From contig JAYPJE010000007.1 in NCBI GenBank assembly GCA_038128265.1, positions 8,384 through 72,383 of the forward strand: DNA of 64,000 nucleotides, in the 5' to 3' direction. The notes under the pieces were generated by a model. It had not been told where the DNA came from. It searched no databases and saw nothing but the letters and a program-made list of their open reading frames with translations. Below are positions 45,011 to 51,857 of this stretch, one piece after another. The translations under genes and the position numbers were made by a program. This DNA comes from Gemmatimonadota bacterium. GTDB taxonomy: Bacteria > Latescibacterota > UBA2968 > UBA8231. How positions within the stretch are numbered: the first letter of the stretch is position 1; each line of letters starts with the position of its first letter.

Positions 45011-47302
45011 TTATTCGGCTTCGGAGAAGCGCACTATGTGATCCGTCTGAAGTGGGCCGTGCCGTTCGCTCCGTCCAGACGGCCAGAAGATATGCAGGCT
45101 GTCGATGGCCTGCTGTGCTCCCAGGCCAAATTCGAGGGCAAAGCTGCTGGTCGAACCGAAGCCCCCACCGCTCTGGACTTCGCCGCGAAGGGCCTGCCCG
45201 TTGCCAAAGGCGACGGCTTGGGCGCCGATGGCCGAGGTATTGGGGGGCCGTCCTTGGAGGTGGACGCTCAGCCACCGGTTTGGAGTTCCCTCGTTGCGGT
45301 AGAGGCTGTTGGGCCACAGATCGCCCGGGTAGTGGCCGCCGAGCCCCACGTAGAGGTCGACATCGCCGTCGGCGTCGTAGTCGGCAAAAGCGACGCCGTG
45401 GCCCTTTCCCTGGTTGGCGACACCGGCATCGCTGGCAACGTCCACATAGCCGTCTTGGCGTGCGATAAACAGCGCGTTGGGTTCGAAACGCGCCATAATG
45501 GGGCCGCCGTTGGCAAGGTAGATATCGATTTGTCCATCGCCGTCTAAATCGCTATAGCCGGCCCCCATGGAGCCAAATGCACGCGCTAGCCCGGCGTCCG
45601 TTGCCCGTTCGGTAAATCGATCCTTGCCGTCGTTGCGATAGAGGTGGGCGCGGCTGCGATAAACGCCCGCTGCGCTGGTAGCCGAGGCTACAAAGTCCTC
45701 GTAGTAGGCCATCGCAGAAACAAAAATATCCAAATCGCCGTCGCCGTCGCTGTCAAAAAAGAGGGGGACGTAGCTGCCGTTGACTGGCGCGCCTACCCCG
45801 GCCCTTTCTGCAATATCGGAAAAGCGACCGCCGTCGTTGCGGTAGAGGCGATTGGCACCGGCCACATTGGCCACGTAGAGGTCGAGATCGCCATCGTTGT
45901 CGTAGTCGCCAAAGGCTACGCCAAGAGATTTACCGGCATCGTCTACGCCAAAGGATGCCGCGCGCTCGCGAAACCGGCCGCCGCCGCTGTTTATGTAGAG
46001 TTTGTTGGGCGCTCCGCTGCCGGTTACGCCGTCGGCTACGTAGAGGTCGAGCCAGCCGTCGCCGTCGACGTCGCCCCAGGCGGCGGTGAAGCTATCGTCT
46101 CCATCTTCAGTGCCCGCTGCCGCGGCAATGTCGGTAAAGCGCGCCTGGCCGTCGTTTTGGTAGAGGGAGTTTACAGCGGCCCCTTCCCACGCGTCGCGCG
46201 TGACGTAGAGGTCGCTGTCGCCGTCGCCATCAAAATCGGCGGCAATAGCCGCCCAGCCGCCTATGTGGTCGTCTAATGCTGAGCGCTCCGCAGTGGGAAC
46301 AAAGCGGTCGCCATCGCGCATAAACAGCCCGTGCGGGGTGGAAATGCCAACGGTAAACAGATCGAGGTCGTCATCGCCGTCAAAGTCGGCCCAGGCCACG
46401 CCGCGCCCCCGGTCGGTTTTATCCACCCCGTTTTCTCGGGCTACGTCGGTAAAGTGAACCGGGGACTTCTGCTGGCCGTGCGCCGGGGAGATAACGTGAG
46501 CTGGCGCCAGGTCACCCGGGTAGGAACCGTGCGCGGCTAAGTAGGCCAGGCGCAGATTCCAGAGGCGCACCGGCCGCTGTGGGGAGGCTGGTGGCAGCAC
46601 GTCTATGGCGCGCTTATAGGCCTCGATGGCACCGATATAATCGCGCTGCCAGTGCCGGGTGGTCGCCAGCAAAAAGGGAAGGTGCAGGTCGTCGGGGTCC
46701 TTTTGCAGCAGCTCCTCAAAATCGCGTTCGGCGCGTTCGAACTGTCCCAACCGCAGGCGCGAAGCAGCGGCCCCGGCCTTGGCCTTGACCATATCGGGGT
46801 CGACTTTCAGAATGGCCTCGTACTGCTCGAGCGCGCCCTTTGGTCGGGGGGGGGCATCCGTCATTAGCACATCGGCGTAGGCCATGCAGGCCGGTGTAAA
46901 AGTGGGGAAGCGCTCGACGATCAGTTTGAGCAGCCTGCGGGCCTCGTCGTCGCGTCGCATCATGCGGTAGACTTGCGCCAATTGATAGGGCGCGTCTACG
47001 CGCAGCGTGTCCACGCGAATGGCCCGCTGCAGAAAGGGAATGGCTTGGTCTAGCTGGCGCTTGCGCATACTGATCTCAGCAAGGCCGAGCAGCGCCGTAT
47101 ATTCGCTCGAGTCGCGGCGGACGATTTCGGCAAAGAGCGCGCGCGCCGAATCGAGCTGTGAGCGTGCTACGAGCTGCATGGCGCGATCATACAGGGCGGG
47201 AATGGGCTCTTTTGTAGGGGAAGCTGGTTCGGGCGTACTACAGCTCATACTCGCTGCGGCTGCCATAAAGAGGAGCAGAGCTATTGGCATGCGGGCGGTC
47301 AT
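45011..47302 (-). CDS. Fusion protein: N-terminal TPR domain plus CRTAC1-type FG-GAP/ASPIC domain, probable lipoprotein (763 aa)
   Basis: The start at 47302 (MTARMPIALLLFMAAAASMSCS) overlaps the upstream stop (ATGA). About 280 aa of TPR follow, then WADFDGDDDLDLF, DFDGDGDSDLYVT and FGDYDNDGDLDLYVAN repeats. The C-terminus is SAIGAQAVAFGNGQALRGEVQSGGGFGSTSS. Confidence 0.8.
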   Translation of the reverse strand: MTARMPIALLLFMAAAASMSCSTPEPASPTKEPIPALYDRAMQLVARSQLDSARALFAEIVRRDSSEYTALLGLAEISMRKRQLDQAIPFLQRAIRVDTLRVDAPYQLAQVYRMMRRDDEARRLLKLIVERFPTFTPACMAYADVLMTDAPPRPKGALEQYEAILKVDPDMVKAKAGAAASRLRLGQFERAERDFEELLQKDPDDLHLPFLLATTRHWQRDYIGAIEAYKRAIDVLPPASPQRPVRLWNLRLAYLAAHGSYPGDLAPAHVISPAHGQQKSPVHFTDVARENGVDKTDRGRGVAWADFDGDDDLDLFTVGISTPHGLFMRDGDRFVPTAERSALDDHIGGWAAIAADFDGDGDSDLYVTRDAWEGAAVNSLYQNDGQARFTDIAAAAGTEDGDDSFTAAWGDVDGDGWLDLYVADGVTGSGAPNKLYINSGGGRFRERAASFGVDDAGKSLGVAFGDYDNDGDLDLYVANVAGANRLYRNDGGRFSDIAERAGVGAPVNGSYVPLFFDSDGDGDLDIFVSAMAYYEDFVASATSAAGVYRSRAHLYRNDGKDRFTERATDAGLARAFGSMGAGYSDLDGDGQIDIYLANGGPIMARFEPNALFIARQDGYVDVASDAGVANQGKGHGVAFADYDADGDVDLYVGLGGHYPGDLWPNSLYRNEGTPNRWLSVHLQGRPPNTSAIGAQAVAFGNGQALRGEVQSGGGFGSTSSFALEFGLGAQQAIDSLHIFWPSGRSERHGPLQTDHIVRFSEAE

Positions 47303-48117
47303 TCGACTACGTAGTCGATGCCTGTGAGTTCCTGCAGCGCTTTGCGGGCGGCAACGGCGTCGGGGCCTTCGCGCTGCTTGAGTAAAGCTAACAGCAGGTC
47401 TGCCGAAGCCGTATCTGCGTGCGCCGCTAGTCCCCGCACGGCTTCCAAGCGAACCCATTCACTTGGATCGCGAAGGGCCGTTCGCAGCAGGGGAATCGCA
47501 CCATTGAGGGGGCGAATAGCCGCTATTTGCGTGGCGATATAGCGGACACTCTCATCGGGATCGCGCATGGAACGCAACACCGCGGGGGCGGCGCTCTGCG
47601 TCCAAATTTTGTTGATGGCAGCCAGGGCACTCTGTCGCACGGCTGCTGCACTGTCGTCGAGGGCTCGCTGAAGGACGAGCGTAGCGGATGTGTCGCGAAA
47701 GCCGGGCAGCGCTTCGGCTGCCGCCGCGCGCAGGTCGGCGTGCGGCGAAGAGAGTAGGAACTGGCGCACCGTATCGATCAGGGTTGGCAGGTGGATTTTC
47801 GATAGGGATAGGATTGCTTCTTTGGCAATGTGCGTATTGCTGCTATGGGCCAGGGCACGCAGTGTGTTTTCGGCGCGGGGAGAGCCAATGCGGCCGAGCA
47901 CCTGTGCGCCTATGTAGCGCAGCGTGTCGGATCCGCTCGCCATAGCGGCGATAAGTGGTTCAACGGCCGTATTACCTTGGTCTACGAGGCGGTAGGCGGC
48001 TTTGCGTCGCACTCCTGAAGAAGGATCGGCTAAGTCGCCTATGAGCTGGTCTGTGCGATGTTGCTCACAGCCTAAACAGAACAGAAGAGCAAGGGGTATG
48101 AGTCGATGGAAAGGCAT
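47299..48117 (-). CDS. HEAT-repeat (PBS-lyase-type) lipoprotein
   Basis: The lipobox is in MPFHRLIPLALLFCLGC. Repeated D(P/S)xxxVRxxA units are present (DPSSGVRRKAAYRL, DDSAAAVRQSALAAI, DPDESVRYIATQI, DPSEWVRLEAVRGL). Confidence 0.7.
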   Translation of the reverse strand: MPFHRLIPLALLFCLGCEQHRTDQLIGDLADPSSGVRRKAAYRLVDQGNTAVEPLIAAMASGSDTLRYIGAQVLGRIGSPRAENTLRALAHSSNTHIAKEAILSLSKIHLPTLIDTVRQFLLSSPHADLRAAAAEALPGFRDTSATLVLQRALDDSAAAVRQSALAAINKIWTQSAAPAVLRSMRDPDESVRYIATQIAAIRPLNGAIPLLRTALRDPSEWVRLEAVRGLAAHADTASADLLLALLKQREGPDAVAARKALQELTGIDYVVE

Positions 48118-48141
48118 GGCGGGAACTGACGGGAATACGCC

Positions 48142-48169
48142 GTTTCGAGAGGCATGTTCCTCCCGAAAC
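48142..48169 (-). promoter_or_regulatory. Intercistronic stem-loop between the DUF4159-like and HEAT genes
   Basis: GTTTCGAGAGG / CCTCCCGAAAC form 11 bp with one mismatch and a 6-nt loop. It lies in the 96-nt gap of an otherwise overlapping minus-strand gene string. There is no U-tract. Confidence 0.3.
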
Positions 48170-48213
48170 AGCGCGTAGAATTAGGTGATGTGAATATAGA
48201 TCGCAGTGCGTTC

Positions 48214-49395
48214 TCAGTTGACCATCTGCATGAGGCGCTGCGTCATAGAGCCTTCTTGAGTAAGGGCATAGACTATTACGTTGATGGCCATTTGCATTTG
48301 GCGCAGCTTGTCCTGCCCTTCAACAGACTCCGTGTATCCTAGGCCGAGGCTAAAATCAATTCCCACGAGGCGGCCCTTAATAAAGTGGCCGGTCGTATAT
48401 TGCCAGGCGTTCTGGTTTTTGTTCGAACTGGTTCCGCGCGTCGAGGTAGGCGCGCCTCCTTTAAAGTCAAAGTAGGCGCTGAATACGGGGTGGTCGTCCG
48501 GAAGGCGCTCAGACCAAAAATCGCGCCCTTCCACCAGGCCACCGTACTTTTCCAGCCCCTCCTTTACGAAACCAATGCCGCCAAAAATAAAGCCGCCGTT
48601 CAGCAAGTAGCGAGTCATCTGCTCCAACTCGCTCTCGTTGGGAGCGCCGGCGGGCAAGATAATGGGTATTTCCAACAGGCGATCGTCGTCGTAGGTAATA
48701 CTGCCGATAAAATCGGCGTTAATACCGGTGTACTCATTCAGGCCGTTGACCAAAAAGCGCAGGTTGTTTGTCGATCCAGTCGCCGTTCCCGAGGCCAGGG
48801 CGGCGGCAGATATTACGCGGGCAAAATTGATAAAGCCTTTGATAGCCTGTGGATCGCCTTGCTCTTGCACCAGCATAGCGCGGTAGCGACCGGTGTCCAT
48901 GCTGTTGACGTCGAGCATTTCAAGCGCCATGTCGATTTTGTTGTCTGGCTGGCGCGAGCCCGTGATATCTACCGCGGTCATGGAAGGCTCCAATGCAACG
49001 GAGCCCAAGTCCACGGAACGGGCGACCATCATCGAGGGGCTCGCGGTCATATTGAGTGCGGAAATGGTGCTAAAACTGGCCGTGGCCTTCACCTGGTCCA
49101 TGCGCGCACGCGTTGCTACGGTCTGGCGCTGTATCATTTGCCGTTTGGGCTTGGGGATCTTGCGCAGTTCGAGCGGCTTGGTTAGCCGCGGCTCGCGCTT
49201 GATGAACTTGGTCGTCAGGGGACGCGGTGCCGTCTCCACTGTTTCTTCCAGTGGATCTATAATGGCCGCAGAGAGATGGATTAGCACGGCGAGTATCAGC
49301 GATATGAGGAGATACTTGTGGAGCTCTTTGAGAAGAATCTCAGGATGGAACGATCGGGCGGGTGAAACAAAGCGCCGCGCAATACCTGAACTCAT
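48214..49395 (-). CDS. Membrane-anchored protein with C-terminal DUF4159-like domain
   Basis: An N-terminal TM is present (YLLISLILAVLIHLSAAII). The C-terminal pattern is LLEIPIILPAG..ESELEQMTRYLLNGGFIFGG, LPDDHPVFSAYF, GRLVGIDF and MAINVIVYALTQ. This matches my recollection of the DUF4159 consensus (..fPflym.G....s..E...LR.YL..GGfl, dHPif, N...YAlt). Confidence 0.55.
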   Translation of the reverse strand: MSSGIARRFVSPARSFHPEILLKELHKYLLISLILAVLIHLSAAIIDPLEETVETAPRPLTTKFIKREPRLTKPLELRKIPKPKRQMIQRQTVATRARMDQVKATASFSTISALNMTASPSMMVARSVDLGSVALEPSMTAVDITGSRQPDNKIDMALEMLDVNSMDTGRYRAMLVQEQGDPQAIKGFINFARVISAAALASGTATGSTNNLRFLVNGLNEYTGINADFIGSITYDDDRLLEIPIILPAGAPNESELEQMTRYLLNGGFIFGGIGFVKEGLEKYGGLVEGRDFWSERLPDDHPVFSAYFDFKGGAPTSTRGTSSNKNQNAWQYTTGHFIKGRLVGIDFSLGLGYTESVEGQDKLRQMQMAINVIVYALTQEGSMTQRLMQMVN

Positions 49396-50450
49396 TGTAA
49401 ATCCCTTTTCTCGTAGTGAACGGGCCGCTGCTTTGAATAGACGAGATCGCCGATGCCCAGTGTTTGACCGCGCTCGCGCACGACGCGCTCCAATTTGTGG
49501 AGCCGCACGGTCGCCGAGGTCGCAGCGACGGCCACCACTTTTACTCGGCCTAGCTTTACTTGCCTATTTTCTCGCTGATACACATCGAGTTGTATACCCT
49601 CAATAATGCCATGAATGGCGCCTCTGTCAATGCGGTACTGTGGACGGTCGCCCGTAGTGGCCGCAATGACGGTGGAGATGGTGCCCCACAAGGGTAGGTG
49701 TGCGTCGATTTGTGGCAGCAGGTCGCGCATCATGGAGTCGATGAGACGGCCCCCAACTGCCGCATCGTTTTCAAGGGGGGACAAATACCAACGGTCCGCT
49801 GAATTGAGCATGCGTAAGGCTGCTGGGTTCTTAAATCGCTGCCGCAATATGGGTGCGACGTAATCGCGGATAACCTCCGGATGCGTATAGCCCGGATATT
49901 TGTCAGGGTTGTAGATGAATTTACTGTCGTGTTGCAGCATAATGGTGCTATCCTGTAATGCGGACCACACAATTTTATTGCGTTGGGCTTCTATGAGCCG
50001 CACTTCAATTGCCGCACTCAGCGCGGGAAGGGCGGCCACCTCTCTGGGCTGCGCGTCTGCCGAACTGGAAAGCGTAGCCGCACTCGGTTCTGCGTAGTAC
50101 AGCGTGCGGTTGCGATACAGCCTGTCGACGCGTCGCAGCACAAAGTGCAAAACAAAGTCGATGCCTTCCTCTGGCTCAAATACGCTGCGGCCACGCGCGT
50201 CTAACCGCGCTTCTCGTGAGACGAGCCGGCAGCGAGGAATGGCTTGAAATCCCAGCATCGCCGCTTTCTGTGCACGAAAACGGGCCGATCCGTACAGTGC
50301 TTCTAAATGATCCCACTGCCTGTCGGTATCGCTATCGTCGCTGATTGCGATTGCAATATTGAGTTGGGGAGCGGCCCGAAGACCAGTAGGAGCGATGACT
50401 AATACAACGACAATCCACACGCTCCACCGCATGACCTGCTCTACTTTCAT
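49392..50450 (-). CDS. Hypothetical secreted protein (352 aa)
   Basis: Signal peptide MRWSVWIVVVLVIAPTGLRAAPQ. Its stop overlaps the downstream start (ATGA). I recognised no motif. Confidence 0.5.
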   Translation of the reverse strand: MKVEQVMRWSVWIVVVLVIAPTGLRAAPQLNIAIAISDDSDTDRQWDHLEALYGSARFRAQKAAMLGFQAIPRCRLVSREARLDARGRSVFEPEEGIDFVLHFVLRRVDRLYRNRTLYYAEPSAATLSSSADAQPREVAALPALSAAIEVRLIEAQRNKIVWSALQDSTIMLQHDSKFIYNPDKYPGYTHPEVIRDYVAPILRQRFKNPAALRMLNSADRWYLSPLENDAAVGGRLIDSMMRDLLPQIDAHLPLWGTISTVIAATTGDRPQYRIDRGAIHGIIEGIQLDVYQRENRQVKLGRVKVVAVAATSATVRLHKLERVVRERGQTLGIGDLVYSKQRPVHYEKRDLQ

Positions 50451-50641
50451 GTCCTGTCCAATGTAGCGACGAATTTTTTTAAGTATACGTCTCCCTCTAC
50501 GTCATTTCAATAAGATTTTTCTCATATGGTGGCCCTCATTGGCTTGGGCAAGGAGAAGGCCCCGCGTGCCGGTGGCGTTGGGACGGGCAACGCGGGGCAG
50601 CACTTGTTAAGAATTTTTTTCTGAGAGGGTGTCTAATGACC

Positions 50642-50670
50642 TTGACTTAGATTGCTCTGCCAATTATCTT
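50642..50670 (+). promoter_or_regulatory. Candidate sigma70-type promoter for the 50769-64000 operon
   Basis: TTGACT-N17-TATCTT lies in the 318-bp divergent intergenic region, about 95 nt upstream of the ATG at 50769. Confidence 0.3.
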
Positions 50671-50768
50671 GGCCCCCTAAGTAGATGTATCAACCGCTCA
50701 ATGCCTTGGCTTTAGTCGTGCACCGTGCGCGGAGATGGCCGTTGGCATTTTTCTTCAAGGAGAAGAAT

Positions 50769-51701
50769 ATGAGGAAGCTGAGCATTGCTGTAGCTGCAGT
50801 GGTCGGTTTGGCCGGTGCCTCTTTCGCCCAGGGCGATAGGGTATTCGACCTTCCGAAGCTTACCCAGGCGCCCGTTCTCGACGGTGTCATTGATGGCGAC
50901 GAGTGGAACGGTGCCCTCGAGCTCGACTGTTCTCCGTCGCGCGTTCAGGCCGACGGGGCCGAGTATGGCTGGCGCGATATCGAAGCCCAGCAGAGCGAAG
51001 TTAGTGTTAACCAGCTGGTGCAGTCCGATGGCGAAGATGCCGCGATTGCCCGCACCGACGCTGACTTCAACTCGCGTATTTGGCAGGCTTGGGATGACGA
51101 CGGCCTGTGGGTCGTGACCGCCGCCGCTGACAACGTCCATGACGTTGAGGGTGGTGACCGCGGTTGGGCCTGGTGGGAGCGCGATAGCCTCTCCCTCTAC
51201 GTTGACCTGCTCAACGAAAAGGAAGAGTCGGTGCTCAACGGTGAGTACACGGCCTTGAACATCATCAACTTCCAGGCCCGTCCGCTCGAGTCGAGCCCCT
51301 ACACCGTTTCGTGGGCCCGCACGGTTGAAAACGCGCGTTCCGACGAAGATGGTAACGATCCTGACCTCGTCGCCGGTTTTCTCAACGGCTACCGCGACGC
51401 GGGTGATGAGCTTGGTGGCGGAGCGGACTACGTCCTCGAGATGTTCATTCCCTGGGACAACCTGCTCCGTTTCAACCTGCCGGCCACGCCGGTCGTAGGT
51501 ACCGAGATGGGTTTCTCCTGGTTGCCGCCGGACCCCGATGGCGATGACGCCTACGGCGGTCAGCTGCAGTGCTGGGGCTGGGCTGATGACCCCTCCAACT
51601 ACTCCACTTGGGTCTTCTCTGATACGCCGGCGGGTCCCGCTGGTGGCAGCACGGCTGTCGAGAGCGATTCGTGGGGTCGTATCAAGACGACGTTTCAGTA
51701 G
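50769..51701 (+). CDS. Secreted CBM9/DOMON-like protein (310 aa)
   Basis: An AAGGAG SD lies 7 nt upstream. Signal peptide MRKLSIAVAAVVGLAGASFAQ. Contains APVLDGVIDGDEWNGAL..., RIWQAWDDDGLWVVTAAADNVHD and WWERDSLSLYVDL, fitting the CBM9-like pattern. The C-terminus is SWGRIKTTFQ. Confidence 0.55.
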   Translation: MRKLSIAVAAVVGLAGASFAQGDRVFDLPKLTQAPVLDGVIDGDEWNGALELDCSPSRVQADGAEYGWRDIEAQQSEVSVNQLVQSDGEDAAIARTDADFNSRIWQAWDDDGLWVVTAAADNVHDVEGGDRGWAWWERDSLSLYVDLLNEKEESVLNGEYTALNIINFQARPLESSPYTVSWARTVENARSDEDGNDPDLVAGFLNGYRDAGDELGGGADYVLEMFIPWDNLLRFNLPATPVVGTEMGFSWLPPDPDGDDAYGGQLQCWGWADDPSNYSTWVFSDTPAGPAGGSTAVESDSWGRIKTTFQ

Positions 51702-51739
51702 GACTGGGCTTTATAGCCTGATGTAACGGTCGTATTGTT

Positions 51740-51780
51740 AGGTTTCATGCCGGGGAAGCTATTTCCTCGGCATGAAACCT
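51740..51780 (+). promoter_or_regulatory. Strong intercistronic hairpin (partial terminator or RNA-stability element)
   Basis: A perfect 13-bp inverted repeat AGGTTTCATGCCG / CGGCATGAAACCT has a 15-nt loop that can extend the helix (GGAA/TTCC). It is followed by ATACGGGTTTTCCTATTTC. It lies between the first gene and the large barrel gene. Confidence 0.5.
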
Positions 51781-51857
51781 ATACGGGTTTTCCTATTTCA
51801 CTTCACATTGAGTGCGCGCCTCACGGGGTGTGCGCCGAGGATGACGGGGAGCCAACG

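Noticed and set aside
50559-50620. A GC-rich imperfect hairpin (GCCCCGCGTGCC / GGCAACGCGGGGC) with a T7 run 15 nt downstream, in the divergent intergenic region, considered as a terminator or riboswitch.
   Set aside because: No gene reads into it from either side. The T-run is too far from the stem, and it lies upstream of the candidate promoter. It is probably incidental or a protein-binding palindrome, and I could not assign a function.
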